Assembly (NCBI GenBank): GCA_023389095.1
Contig: JAEWFB010000486.1
Location: 312-64,311, forward strand
DNA from: Actinomycetes bacterium
GTDB taxonomy: Bacteria > Actinomycetota > Actinomycetes > Actinomycetales > Dermatophilaceae
Direction: 5' to 3'
DNA length: 64,000 nt
Shown: positions 9,563 to 19,497 of the stretch, one piece after another
How the letters are laid out: every line of letters begins with the position of its first letter
How positions within the stretch are numbered: the first letter of the stretch is position 1
The notes under the pieces: generated by a model
Database searches by the model: none
What the model saw: the letters and a program-made list of their open reading frames with translations, nothing else
Told to the model about the DNA's origin: nothing
Made by a program: the position numbers and the translations under genes

Positions 9563-10852
9563 ATGACCTCCACCCTCGAGTACCACCTTCCCGGCCTGCA
9601 CGTGCGAGAGCGGGTCGTGCCCGTGCCGCTCGACTGGAACGACCCCGATGGGCCCTCCATCGAGGTCTTCGTCCGCGAGCTCGTCGACCCCGACAAGCGC
9701 GACGACGACCTGCCGCTGCTCGTCTACCTGCAGGGCGGTCCGGGCGGGGCCAACCCCCGCCCCGTCGACCGCAGCGGCTGGGTCGACGAGGCACTGCGCA
9801 CCTACCGCGTCGTGCTCGCCGACCAGCGTGGCACCGGGCGCAGCACGCCCCTCGAGGCAGCCGACCTCGAAGGGCTCTCCGACGCGTCGGGCGCCGACCA
9901 CCTCGCCCACTTCCGCGCCGACTCGATCGTGCGCGACCTCGAGCACGTACGGGGCGCCGTGTACGGCGGGCGTCGCTGGTCGACCTTCGCCCAGAGCTAC
10001 GGCGGGTGGATCACGTTGGCCTACCTCAGCCGCGCGCCCGAGGGGCTGGCCGCCTGCTACGTCGCCGGCGGCATCCCCGGCACGCCCGCGAGCGCGGCCG
10101 AGGTGTACCGGCGCACCTTCAGCCGCGTCGCGGCCAAGACGGCCGAGTACTACCGCCGCTACCCGCAGGACGTCGCCGCCGTGGCAGCGGTCGCGGACCG
10201 TCTCGCCGCCGGCGACGTGCTGCTGCCGGACGGGGACGTCCTCACCGTGCACCGCTTCCAGTCGCTCGGCATCGACTTCGGGATGAAGCCGGGGTTCGAA
10301 CGGATGCACTGGCTCGTGGAGAAGGCGTTCGCGCGGCCGGGCCGGCTCTCGACGGCCTTCCTCGAGGAGTGTCTCGCCCGCTCCTCGTCGGCCGGCAACC
10401 CGCTGTTCTGGACCCTCCAGGAGTCGATCTACGGCGACGGCGAGAACGGCCCCATCGCCTGGGCCGCGCAGCAGGAGCGGGACCGCCGGCCCGAGTTCGG
10501 CCCCGAGCGTCGACCGCTCCTGTTCACCGGGGAGATGGCCTTCCCGTGGATGTTCGAGCAGGTGCGCCTGCTGCGCGGCTTCGGCCCGGCCGTCCGTGCG
10601 CTGGCCGCGCGACCGACCTGGTCGCGGCTCTACGACCTCGAACGCCTCGCGGCCAACGAGGTGCCCGTCGCCGCGGCCGTCTACTACGACGACATGTACG
10701 TCGACGCCCAGCTGCAGCTCGACACGCTCTCGCGTCTCGGCAGCTCGCAGGCTTGGGTCACCAACGAGTTCGAGCACGACGGCATCGGCAGCGGGAAGGT
10801 GCTGACGCACCTGCGCGAGCTGGTCCGCGACCGAGGAGGAGAACGACGATGA
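9563..10852 (+). CDS. pip: Prolyl aminopeptidase / proline iminopeptidase (S33, long multimeric type)
   Basis: YLQGGPG, DQRGTG.S, FRADSIVRD, QSYGG (Ser), YYDDMYV (Asp) and NEFEHDG (His). Confidence 0.88.
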   Translation: MTSTLEYHLPGLHVRERVVPVPLDWNDPDGPSIEVFVRELVDPDKRDDDLPLLVYLQGGPGGANPRPVDRSGWVDEALRTYRVVLADQRGTGRSTPLEAADLEGLSDASGADHLAHFRADSIVRDLEHVRGAVYGGRRWSTFAQSYGGWITLAYLSRAPEGLAACYVAGGIPGTPASAAEVYRRTFSRVAAKTAEYYRRYPQDVAAVAAVADRLAAGDVLLPDGDVLTVHRFQSLGIDFGMKPGFERMHWLVEKAFARPGRLSTAFLEECLARSSSAGNPLFWTLQESIYGDGENGPIAWAAQQERDRRPEFGPERRPLLFTGEMAFPWMFEQVRLLRGFGPAVRALAARPTWSRLYDLERLAANEVPVAAAVYYDDMYVDAQLQLDTLSRLGSSQAWVTNEFEHDGIGSGKVLTHLRELVRDRGGERR

Positions 10853-12327
10853 GCACGACCACCCACGAGTCCGGGACCCGGCCGCCGTACGCCGGCACGA
10901 GGCCCCCGCGGCTGCACGAGGCACCCGGCTTCGTGTCCACCATCGGGCATGGCTGGACCGACGAGGCCGTCCGCCCGGATCTCGTCGACGGGACGGCCAC
11001 GGCCGCCGCGGACCACCGGCGCCGGCTCGTCGAGCGGCTGCCCGGGCGCGCGGTCGTCGTCGCCGCCGGGACCGCGCCACGCCGCAACGGCGACGCGTCG
11101 TACGGCTTCCGCGCCGACAGCGACTTCGTGTGGCTCACCGGTTGCCAGGCCGAGGGTGCGACGCTCGTGCTGCGGCCGGGTGCCGACGGGGGCGACGCGA
11201 CCCTGTTCCTCCCGCCGCCGGCCCGTCCCGGCGAGAGGGCCTTCTACGGCGACGCCGACCACGGTGAGCTGTGGGTCGGGTCGTCGCCGGGGCTGCGGGA
11301 GTGGAGCGAGGCCCTCCAGGTGCACGTGCGTCCGGTCGGTGAGCTGGCGGCCTTCCTCGACGGCTGCGCGGGGGCGTGGGCCGCGCCGAGCGTCACCGAC
11401 GACGTCGTCGCGGCGCACGGGCTGGAGCGCGACGCCCGGCTGTCCGCCGTGCTCTCGGACCTGCGGATGATCAAGGACGAGTGGGAGATCGGCCAGCTGC
11501 GTGCCGCGATCGACGCCACGGTGGGCGGCTTCGAGGCGGTCATGGGCGAGGTGCCGGCCGCGGTGGACGGTCTGGGGGAGCGGTGGCTGCAGGGCACCTT
11601 CGACCGCCACGCCCGCACCCACGGCAACGGCCCGGGCTACTCGAGCATCGTCGGCTCCGGCCCCCACGCCCCCACGCTGCACTGGGTGCGCTGCGACGGC
11701 CCCGTGCTGGCCGACGCGCCGCTGCTGCTCGACATGGGCGTCGAGGCCAGGACGCTCTACACGGCCGACGTGACGCGTACCGTCCCGCCGTCGGGGACGT
11801 TCACCAAGGACCAGCGTGCCGTCCACGACCTCGTCGAGCGCGCCCACCGCGCCGGCATGGCGCAGGTGCGCCCTGGCGTCCAGTACACCGACTTCCACTT
11901 CGCCGCGATGGAGGTCGTCGCGACCGGCCTGCGCGACTGGGGGCTGCTCGACGTGTCCGTCGACGAGGCGCTCTCGCCCGAGGGGCAGCAGCACCGGCGG
12001 TACCTGGTGTGCGGCATCGGCCACCACCTCGGCCTCGACGTGCACGACTGCATGTCCTCGGAGTACGAGCAGTACATGGGTGCGCCACTCGAGCCGGGCA
12101 TGGTCCTGACGGTCGAGCCGGGCCTCTACTTCCACGCCCACGACCTCACGGTGCCACCCGAGCTGCGTGGGGTCGGCGTCCGCCTCGAGGACGACCTGCT
12201 CGTCACCCCGGACGGTCACGAGGTCCTCTCGGCGGCCCTGCCGATCGACGCCAGGGGCATCGAGAAGTGGGCTCGCCGACACGGGGCCGGCACGCCCGGA
12301 CGCCTCGGCTGGGGGTTCGGGGGCTGA
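10849..12327 (+). CDS. pepP: Xaa-Pro aminopeptidase (M24B)
   Basis: FRADSDF.WLTG N-domain. LHW, DMG, DVTRT, GHHLGLDVHD, EPGLY and RLEDD metal ligands. ATGA overlap at 10849. Confidence 0.92.
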   Translation: MSTTTHESGTRPPYAGTRPPRLHEAPGFVSTIGHGWTDEAVRPDLVDGTATAAADHRRRLVERLPGRAVVVAAGTAPRRNGDASYGFRADSDFVWLTGCQAEGATLVLRPGADGGDATLFLPPPARPGERAFYGDADHGELWVGSSPGLREWSEALQVHVRPVGELAAFLDGCAGAWAAPSVTDDVVAAHGLERDARLSAVLSDLRMIKDEWEIGQLRAAIDATVGGFEAVMGEVPAAVDGLGERWLQGTFDRHARTHGNGPGYSSIVGSGPHAPTLHWVRCDGPVLADAPLLLDMGVEARTLYTADVTRTVPPSGTFTKDQRAVHDLVERAHRAGMAQVRPGVQYTDFHFAAMEVVATGLRDWGLLDVSVDEALSPEGQQHRRYLVCGIGHHLGLDVHDCMSSEYEQYMGAPLEPGMVLTVEPGLYFHAHDLTVPPELRGVGVRLEDDLLVTPDGHEVLSAALPIDARGIEKWARRHGAGTPGRLGWGFGG

Positions 12328-12337
12328 GCCGCCCCGC

Positions 12338-13336
12338 TCAGGCCAGGCGCCAGACCGTCGTCGTGCGGAACACCTCGCCGGGTCGCAGGACGGTCGAGGC
12401 CAGCTCGGGCCGGTTCGGGGCGTCGGGGAAGCCCTGGGTCTCCAGCGCGATGCCGGCCCGGGCCCCGTACGGCCGGCCGGACAGCCCCACGGCCGTCCCG
12501 TCGAAGTGGCCGCCGGTGTAGACCTGCACCCCGGGCTGGTCGGACTCGACGGTGAGGGTGCGCCCGCTGCGGCCCGTGAGCACGGCGGCGGTGCGCATCC
12601 CGGAGCCGCGGATGACGAAGTGGTGGTCGAGCCCGCGGGCGCGCCGCAGCTGTTCGTGGTCGTCCTGCAGCACGGTGCCGATGCGTCGGGGTGCCCGCCA
12701 GTCCAGTGGCGTGCCGGCGACGGTGGCCAGCCCGGTCGGCAGCAGGTCCGGTCCCACCGGCGCCACGGTGTCGGCCTCGACGCGCAGCAGGTGCCCGTCG
12801 ACGCTGCCCGACCCCTCGCCGTCGAGGTTGAGGTACGCGTGGTTGGTGAGGTTGAGGACCGTGGCGCGGTCGGTCGTGGCGGCGTAGTCGAGGCGGACGA
12901 GGCCCGGGGCGACGCGATAGGTGACCTCGGCCTCGAGCCGGCCCGGGAAGCCCTGGTCGCCGTCGGGGCTCGTCAGCCGCAGCCGGAGGTGGTCGGCGCC
13001 GGCCTCGGCCACGGTCCACCGGCGTCGGTCGAAGCCGTCGGCCCCACCGTGCAGCGTGTTCGCGCCCTCGTTCGTGTCGAGGTGGTACTCGGTGCCGTCG
13101 AGGGTGAACCTGCCGCCGGCGATGCGGTTGGCGTACCGGCCGACCACAGCGCCGAGGTAGCCGCCGTCCGTGCTGTAGGTCGCGGCGTCGCGGTGCCCGA
13201 GGACGACGTCGACCGGCCCGTCCGAGTGGCCGTCCTCGACGACGAGCCGGCGCACGGCGGCACCGGCCGTGAGCACCTCGAGGGTGAGCCCGTCGGTGAC
13301 GAGCTCGATGCTCGTGGGACGGTGACCGGTCGACAC
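12338..13336 (-). CDS. galM: Aldose 1-epimerase (mutarotase)
   Basis: GRYANRI, LHGG, GFPG, NLTNHAY, DHHF and ALETQ..PD motifs. AGGAGG RBS. Confidence 0.92.
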   Translation of the reverse strand: MSTGHRPTSIELVTDGLTLEVLTAGAAVRRLVVEDGHSDGPVDVVLGHRDAATYSTDGGYLGAVVGRYANRIAGGRFTLDGTEYHLDTNEGANTLHGGADGFDRRRWTVAEAGADHLRLRLTSPDGDQGFPGRLEAEVTYRVAPGLVRLDYAATTDRATVLNLTNHAYLNLDGEGSGSVDGHLLRVEADTVAPVGPDLLPTGLATVAGTPLDWRAPRRIGTVLQDDHEQLRRARGLDHHFVIRGSGMRTAAVLTGRSGRTLTVESDQPGVQVYTGGHFDGTAVGLSGRPYGARAGIALETQGFPDAPNRPELASTVLRPGEVFRTTTVWRLA

Positions 13337-13355
13337 GCATCCTCCTGGGTTCGAA

Positions 13356-13369
13356 AGTGAGCGCTAACA
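13356..13369. promoter_or_regulatory. LacI-type operator AGTGAGCGCTAACA (galM side)
   Basis: Overlaps a likely minus-strand -10 (TATGTT) downstream of TTGACG (13388-13393). Confidence 0.72.
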
Positions 13370-13420
13370 TAGCAGGCTGTCCGCCACCGTCAAGAATCCT
13401 GAGATTTCTCGGACAGGGGG

Positions 13421-13450
13421 TTGACGACCGCAAATGTTAACGTTCACACT
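13421..13450 (+). promoter_or_regulatory. Sigma-70 promoter (TTGACG...CACACT) with embedded LacI operator TGTTAACGTTCACA (13435-13448)
   Basis: -35 and -10 like hexamers flanking and overlapping a palindromic operator upstream of the sugar ABC/ara operon. Confidence 0.7.
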
Positions 13451-13541
13451 CTTGCTCCAAGTGGCCTGACGGTCACGGCGGACGAGGAGGTCGGCCGCAC
13501 CCAGGCGCCAACGACGGCGTCCCGAGTTTGGAGGCAGTTCA

Positions 13542-14525
13542 GTGCTGAAGAAGATCCTTCCGGTGGCCGTCGGTGCCGTGGCGCTCGTCGCGCTCTCGGC
13601 CTGTGGCGGCGGCAGCTCCGCAACGCCCGGTGGCGGCGCCGGCGGCAAGGGCCAGCTCGTCATGGGCTTCGCCCAGGTCGGCGCCGAGAGCGGCTGGCGC
13701 ACCGCCAACACGAAGAACGTGCAGGAGTCGGCCAAGTCCGCCGGCGTCGAGCTGAAGTTCTCCGACGCGCAGCAGAAGCAGGAGAACCAGATCAAGGCGA
13801 TCCGCAGCTTCATCCAGCAGAAGGTCAGCGTCATCGCCTTCAGCCCCGTCGTCGAGACCGGTTGGGACACCGTCCTGCTCGAGGCCAAGCGCGCCAACAT
13901 CCCGGTCATCCTCACCGACCGCGCCGTCGACTCCGAGGACAAGACGCTCTACAAGACCTTCCTCGGCTCCGACTTCGTCGCCGAGGGCAAGAAGGCCGGC
14001 GACTGGCTCGTCAAGGACAGCCAGGGCAAGAGCGAGGTCAACGTCGTCGAGCTGCAGGGCACCACCGGTGCCGCCCCGGCCATCGACCGCAAGAAGGGCT
14101 TCGCCGACGCCATCGCCGGCGCCCCGCAGATCAAGGTCGTCGCCTCGCAGACCGGCGACTTCACCCGCTCCGGCGGCAAGCAGGTCATGGAGGCCTTCCT
14201 CAAGTCGGTCCCGAAGATCGACGTCGTCTACGCGCACAACGACGACATGGGGCTCGGCGCGATCGAGGCCATCGAGGCCGCCGGCAAGGTGCCCGGCAAG
14301 GACATCAAGATCATCACGGTCGATGCCGTCCACGACGGCATGCAGGCCCTGGCCGACGGCAAGATCAACTACATCGTCGAGTGCAGCCCGCTCCTCGGCG
14401 ACCAGCTGATGGACCTCGCCAAGAAGGTCGTCGCCGGTGAGTCGGTGCCCGAGCGCGTCGTCACCGAGGAGACCACCTTCACGCAGGAGCAGGCCAAGGC
14501 GGCCCTGCCCTCGCGCAAGTACTGA
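13542..14525 (+). CDS. ytfQ: Sugar ABC substrate-binding lipoprotein (YtfQ-like; probably L-arabinose/galactofuranose)
   Basis: Lipobox LSAC. GFAQVGAESGWRTANT, DAQQKQENQI, HNDDMGLGA and VECSP motifs. Confidence 0.88.
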   Translation: MLKKILPVAVGAVALVALSACGGGSSATPGGGAGGKGQLVMGFAQVGAESGWRTANTKNVQESAKSAGVELKFSDAQQKQENQIKAIRSFIQQKVSVIAFSPVVETGWDTVLLEAKRANIPVILTDRAVDSEDKTLYKTFLGSDFVAEGKKAGDWLVKDSQGKSEVNVVELQGTTGAAPAIDRKKGFADAIAGAPQIKVVASQTGDFTRSGGKQVMEAFLKSVPKIDVVYAHNDDMGLGAIEAIEAAGKVPGKDIKIITVDAVHDGMQALADGKINYIVECSPLLGDQLMDLAKKVVAGESVPERVVTEETTFTQEQAKAALPSRKY

Positions 14526-14601
14526 GGCGCGCCGGGCCCCGGCCCGCGCCTCGCTCGACGACGGCCTCCGCCACCCTCCGGGTGTGGTGGCGGGGGCCGT
14601 C
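14524..14601 (+). terminator. Two tandem GC-rich stem-loops after the SBP gene (mRNA stabiliser or partial terminator)
   Basis: GAGGCGCG...CGCGCCTC (14524-14552) and GACGGCCTCCGCCACC...GGTGGCGGGGGCCGTC (14560-14601). Confidence 0.6.
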
Positions 14602-14658
14602 CACCAGCCGCTCCACCCGCACCCGCCCAGCATCCGGAACCGGAACGAAGGACACGTC

Positions 14659-16263
14659 ATGACGGTCACCCCGAGCCCGCGGCCCCCCGACCCGGCCCGC
14701 CCCGTCGTCGCCATGAACGGCATCACGATGCAGTTCCCCGGCGTCGTCGCCCTCCAGGACGTCGACTTCCGTCTCCTGCCGGGCGAGGTGCATGCCCTGA
14801 TGGGCGAGAACGGCGCCGGCAAGTCGACGCTCATCAAGGTGCTGACCGGCGTCTACTCCGCGACGAGCGGGACGACCCGGCTCGACGGCACGGCGGTGCG
14901 CTTCTCCGGACCGGGCGAGGCCCAGACGGCCGGCGTCGCCACCGTGTACCAGGAGGTGAACCTCTGCCCGAACCTCTCGGTCGCCGAGAACATCCTGCTC
15001 GGCCGTGAGCCGCACCGGTTCGGCGCCATCGACTCCGGCGCCACTCGTGCCCGCGCCGCCGAGCTGCTCTCGCGCATGGGCCTGTCCATCGACCCGGGCT
15101 CGATCCTCGCCGAGCACCCCATCGCCGTGCAGCAGCTCGTCGCCATCGCCCGGGCCGTCGCCGTCGACGCGCGTGTGCTCATCCTCGACGAGCCCACCTC
15201 GAGCCTCGACCAGGACGAGGTGGCCGAGCTGTTCCGGATCATGCGCCACCTGCGCGACCAGGGCGTCGCCATCCTCTTCGTCTCCCACTTCCTCGAGCAG
15301 GTCTACGAGATCGCCGACCGGATGACGGTGCTGCGCAACGGCCGACTCGTCGGCGAGTACCTGACGCGCGACCTGTCCCGCATCCAGCTCGTGTCGGCGA
15401 TGATCGGGCGCGAGCTCGGCGTGCTCGAGGAGGTCGAGCGCCTCGCCGAGGACGCCGGATCGGGCACCGCCGAGGCGCCGCCGGTCCTCGAGGCGTCCGG
15501 GCTCGGCCGACGTGGCTCGGTGGCCCCCTTCGACCTGACCATCCGCGCCGGCGAGGTGGTCGGCCTCGCCGGCCTGCTCGGCAGCGGCCGCACCGAGCTG
15601 GCGCGCCTGCTCTTCGGCGCCGACCGCCCCGACTCGGGCACCATCCGGGTGGGTGGCCGGGAGCTCACGCTGCGCACGCCACGCGCCGCCATCGCGTCGG
15701 GGATCGCCTTCTGCTCCGAGGACCGCAAGGGCGAGGGGATCCTTGCCGACCTGTCGATCCGCGACAACCTCGTGCTCGCCATGCAGGCCGCGCGCGGCTG
15801 GGCCCGGCCCCTCCCGAAGCGCACCAAGGACGAGCTCGTCGCCCGCTGGATCGAGACGCTCGACATCCGCCCGGCCGACCCCGAGGCCGTCGTCGGACGC
15901 CTCTCCGGCGGCAACCAGCAGAAGGTGCTCCTCGCCCGCTGGCTCGTGACGAACCCGCGACTGCTCATCCTCGACGAGCCGACCCGCGGCATCGACATCG
16001 GCGCCAAGGCGCAGATCCAGAGGCTCGTGGCGCAGCTGGCGGCCGACGGCATGGCCGTGGTCTACATCTCCGCCGAGCTCGAGGAGGTGGCCCGCCTCTC
16101 GCACCGCATCGTCGTGCTCAAGGACCGCGCCAAGGTCGCCGAGCTCGATGCGTCCGCGACCGTCGACGACATCCTGCACCTCATCGCCGAGACCGACGCC
16201 GACGCGGGCGCCCCGGGCGCCCCGGGCGGGCCCGGCGTCCTGACCCAGCAGGTGGCATCGTGA
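14659..16263 (+). CDS. ytfR: Sugar ABC ATP-binding protein (two NBDs, YtfR-like)
   Basis: GENGAGKST, LDEPT, EDRKGEG, LSGGNQQK and DEPTRGIDIGAK motifs. Confidence 0.92.
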   Translation: MTVTPSPRPPDPARPVVAMNGITMQFPGVVALQDVDFRLLPGEVHALMGENGAGKSTLIKVLTGVYSATSGTTRLDGTAVRFSGPGEAQTAGVATVYQEVNLCPNLSVAENILLGREPHRFGAIDSGATRARAAELLSRMGLSIDPGSILAEHPIAVQQLVAIARAVAVDARVLILDEPTSSLDQDEVAELFRIMRHLRDQGVAILFVSHFLEQVYEIADRMTVLRNGRLVGEYLTRDLSRIQLVSAMIGRELGVLEEVERLAEDAGSGTAEAPPVLEASGLGRRGSVAPFDLTIRAGEVVGLAGLLGSGRTELARLLFGADRPDSGTIRVGGRELTLRTPRAAIASGIAFCSEDRKGEGILADLSIRDNLVLAMQAARGWARPLPKRTKDELVARWIETLDIRPADPEAVVGRLSGGNQQKVLLARWLVTNPRLLILDEPTRGIDIGAKAQIQRLVAQLAADGMAVVYISAELEEVARLSHRIVVLKDRAKVAELDASATVDDILHLIAETDADAGAPGAPGGPGVLTQQVAS

Positions 16264-17447
16264 CGACGAACCGCGTTCACGCTCCCGAGAGCCTGGGCCG
16301 GCGCCTCCGCGGCAGCCGGCTGCTGTGGCCGGTCCTCGCCCTCGTGGCGCTGCTCGCCGCCAACGCCGTGAGCAACCCCGCCTTCCTCGCGGTGCGCCTG
16401 CAGGACGGGCACCTCTACGGCAGCCTCGTCGACATCCTCAAGAACGGCGCCCCGACGCTGCTCATCGCCCTCGGCATGACGCTCGTCATCGCGACCCGCG
16501 GCATCGACCTGTCCGTCGGGGCCGTCGCGGCGATCTCCGGGGCCGTCGCCTGCACGACGATCGTGGCCTCGCCCGACCCGACGAGCGCCGGAGCAGCGGT
16601 GCGCGGCGTCCTCGTGGCGCTCGCCCTCTGCGTCGTGCTCGGCCTGTGGAACGGCTTCCTCGTGGCGGCGCTGGGGATCCAGCCGATCATCGCGACGCTC
16701 GTGCTCATGACGGCCGGGCGCGGCATCGCCATGCTCGTCACCGACGGCCAGATCATCACGGTCCGCAACGGACCGTTCAGCGAGATCGGCTCCGGCTTCC
16801 TCCTGCTGCCCGTCGCGATCCTCATCGCCCTGGCCGTGCTCGTCGCGGTGTCGCTCGTGACGCGTCGCACCGCGCTCGGCCTGCTCATCGAGTCGGTCGG
16901 CATCAACCCCGAGGCGAGCCGGCTCGTCGGGATCCGCTCGCGGACGATCATCTGGACCGTCTACGTCTTCGCCGCGCTGTGCGCCGGCGTCGCGGGGCTC
17001 ATGATCAGCGCGAACGTCAGCGCGGCCGACGCCAACAACGCCGGCCTCTGGATCGAGATGGACGCCATCCTCGCCGTCGTCATCGGGGGCACGTCGCTCG
17101 CCGGTGGCCGATACTCGCTGGCCGGCACGCTGGTCGGAGCCCTCATCATCCAGACCCTGACGACGACGGTCTACTCGATGGGCATCGCCCCCGAGGTGAC
17201 ACTCGTCTTCAAGGCGCTGGTCGTCCTCGCCGTCTGCCTGCTCCAGGCGCCGCGGCTGCGCGAACGCTTCCACCGCCGGCGCCCGTCCAGGTCGCCTGCA
17301 GGGGCTGGGTCCGCGGAACCTGCTGCAGCTCAGACCATCCCGTCCGATGCGGCGGGTGGGGCCCCTGCCGACCAGGCCGACGCGGACCCGTCCACCGACT
17401 CGTCGGTGACGCCGTCCGACGCCAAGCAGAAGGTGGCCCAGCCATGA
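16260..17447 (+). CDS. ytfT: Sugar ABC permease (YtfT-like)
   Basis: GIDLSVG, QPIIATL, GINPEASRLVG and EMDAILAVVIGGT motifs. Confidence 0.88.
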   Translation: MTTNRVHAPESLGRRLRGSRLLWPVLALVALLAANAVSNPAFLAVRLQDGHLYGSLVDILKNGAPTLLIALGMTLVIATRGIDLSVGAVAAISGAVACTTIVASPDPTSAGAAVRGVLVALALCVVLGLWNGFLVAALGIQPIIATLVLMTAGRGIAMLVTDGQIITVRNGPFSEIGSGFLLLPVAILIALAVLVAVSLVTRRTALGLLIESVGINPEASRLVGIRSRTIIWTVYVFAALCAGVAGLMISANVSAADANNAGLWIEMDAILAVVIGGTSLAGGRYSLAGTLVGALIIQTLTTTVYSMGIAPEVTLVFKALVVLAVCLLQAPRLRERFHRRRPSRSPAGAGSAEPAAAQTIPSDAAGGAPADQADADPSTDSSVTPSDAKQKVAQP

Positions 17448-18463
17448 CGACGACCACCCCCACCACCCCCCGGTCGACGCGTCGGGCTGCCACCGGCCTG
17501 TCCCGCCTCCCGAGGATCCCCGGCCGCGTGCTGCCCGTCGTCGCGACGTTCGTCCTCTTCGTGCTCCTCTTCGGCGTGGGATCGGTGCGCTACGAGGGCT
17601 TCACGTCCGGCCAGGTCTTCGCGAACCTCTTCATCGACAACGCGTTCCTCATCGTCCTTGCCGTCGGCATGACCTTCGTCATCCTCACCGGTGGCATCGA
17701 CCTGTCGGTCGGCGCGGTCGTGGCCCTCTCGACGATGGTCGCGGCGGCGACGCTGCGGGCTGGACTGCCGGCACCGGTCGTCATCCTGCTCGTCCTCGCG
17801 GCCGGCACCGGCCTCGGCGTCGTCATGGGCCTGGTCATCCACCACTTCGAGATCCAGCCCTTCATCGTCACCCTCGCCGGGATGTTCCTGGCGCGGGGCC
17901 TCTGCTTCGTCATCGGCGTCGAGTCGATCTCCATCAAGGACCCGTTCTTCCGGGCCCTGGCCACCGGCACCTTCGACGTCGGCGGAGGGGTGGTCATCAC
18001 GTGGAGCGTCGTCATCGCCCTCGTCATCGTCGCGGTGGCCGCGTGGGTGCTGCACCGCACCCGGTTCGGGCGCACCGTGTACGCCGTCGGCGGCAGCGAG
18101 TCCTCGGCGGCCCTCATGGGCCTGCCGGTCGGGCGCGTCAAGGTGGCGGTGTACGGCATCAGCGGGCTGTGCGCGTCGATCGCCGGGCTGCTGTTCAGCG
18201 TCTACATGCTCTCGGGGTACGGCCTGCACGCCGTCGGCATGGAGCTCGACGCGATCGCGTCGGTCGTCATCGGCGGCACCCTGCTGTCCGGAGGCGTCGG
18301 GTTCGTGCTCGGGTCACTTCTCGGGGTGCTCGTTCTGGGTGTCATCCAGACACTGATCTCGTTCCAAGGCACGCTGAGCTCATGGTGGACCAAGATCGCG
18401 ATCGGAACCCTGCTGCTGCTGTTCATCGTCATGCAGCGCCTCTTCACGAGGAGGGCGGCGTGA
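17444..18463 (+). CDS. yjfF: Sugar ABC permease (YjfF-like)
   Basis: GGIDLSVG, QPFIVTLAGMF, ELDAIASVVIGGT and LSSWWTKI motifs. Confidence 0.88.
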   Translation: MTTTTPTTPRSTRRAATGLSRLPRIPGRVLPVVATFVLFVLLFGVGSVRYEGFTSGQVFANLFIDNAFLIVLAVGMTFVILTGGIDLSVGAVVALSTMVAAATLRAGLPAPVVILLVLAAGTGLGVVMGLVIHHFEIQPFIVTLAGMFLARGLCFVIGVESISIKDPFFRALATGTFDVGGGVVITWSVVIALVIVAVAAWVLHRTRFGRTVYAVGGSESSAALMGLPVGRVKVAVYGISGLCASIAGLLFSVYMLSGYGLHAVGMELDAIASVVIGGTLLSGGVGFVLGSLLGVLVLGVIQTLISFQGTLSSWWTKIAIGTLLLLFIVMQRLFTRRAA

Positions 18464-19497
18464 GCGACACCGCCGCCCGAGCACCCGTGATGCAGGACGT
18501 CGCGCGCCTGGCGGGCGTCTCGCACCAGACGGTCTCGCGCGTCATCAACGGCGCGACGAGCATCCGTCCCGAGACCCGCGAGCGCGTCCTGCAGGCGATC
18601 GAGCGCCTGGGCTACCGCCCGAACACGGCGGCCCGCGCGCTCGTGAGCGGCCGTTCGGCCACCATCGGGATCATCGCCACGGCCTCGACGCTGTTCGGCC
18701 CGACGAGCATCCACCGCACCGTCAACACGGCGGCCCGGGAGGCCGGGTTCTTCGCCAGCTCGGTGTCCCTCGCGGAGATGACGCGCGAGGGCTTCGAGGC
18801 CGCCGTCGACCACCTCGACCGGCTCGCCGTCGAGGGCATCGTCGTCATCGCCGGCCACGACGAGGCGCTCGAGGTGGCGCGCTCGCGCAGCGCCCGCACG
18901 CCGTTCGTCATCGTCGAGGGCGACCTGTCACGGGCCCGGCGGACCGTCGGCGTCGACAACGTCGCCGGCGCCCGCCTCGCGACACGGCACCTGCTCGACC
19001 TCGGTCACACGGAGGTGGCGCACGTGACCGGCCCCCTCGACTGGGCCGAGTCCCGCGCCCGCGCCGAGGGCTGGCGGTCCGAGATGGTCGCGGCCGGCCT
19101 GCGCCCCCTGGAGCCGGTCACCGGAGACTGGAGCGCCGAGAGCGGCTACCGCGCCGGGCTGCGCCTCGCGGCCGAGACCGGCGTCACCGCGGTGTTCGCC
19201 GCCAACGACCAGATGGCCATCGGCGTCCTGCGGGCCCTGCACGAGGCCGGCCGACGCGTCCCGGAGGACGTCAGCGTCGTCGGGTTCGACGACGTGCCGG
19301 AGGCCGAGTTCCTCATCCCGCCGCTCACCACCGTCCGCCAGGACTTCGAGCGGATCGGCCGCCAGGCCATCGCCATGCTCACCGAGGTCATCTCCGGCGA
19401 GACCGACCAGGTGCCGAGCCTCATCGACCCCGTCCTCGTCGTCCGGCAGAGCACCGCGCCGCCCGGTCGACCCAGCCCCAGGAGCTCCGAAACATGA
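18460..19497 (+). CDS. LacI family regulator (arabinose repressor candidate)
   Basis: MQDVARLAGVSHQTVSRVIN HTH, YRPN..AR.L hinge, GFDD and PPLTTV motifs. Confidence 0.92.
   Translation: MSDTAARAPVMQDVARLAGVSHQTVSRVINGATSIRPETRERVLQAIERLGYRPNTAARALVSGRSATIGIIATASTLFGPTSIHRTVNTAAREAGFFASSVSLAEMTREGFEAAVDHLDRLAVEGIVVIAGHDEALEVARSRSARTPFVIVEGDLSRARRTVGVDNVAGARLATRHLLDLGHTEVAHVTGPLDWAESRARAEGWRSEMVAAGLRPLEPVTGDWSAESGYRAGLRLAAETGVTAVFAANDQMAIGVLRALHEAGRRVPEDVSVVGFDDVPEAEFLIPPLTTVRQDFERIGRQAIAMLTEVISGETDQVPSLIDPVLVVRQSTAPPGRPSPRSSET

Noticed and set aside
9469..10848. Apparent 460-aa N-terminal extension of PepP (952-aa ORF)
   Set aside because: Arg/Pro-rich off-frame read of pip. The true start is the RBS-preceded ATG at 10849 overlapping the pip stop.
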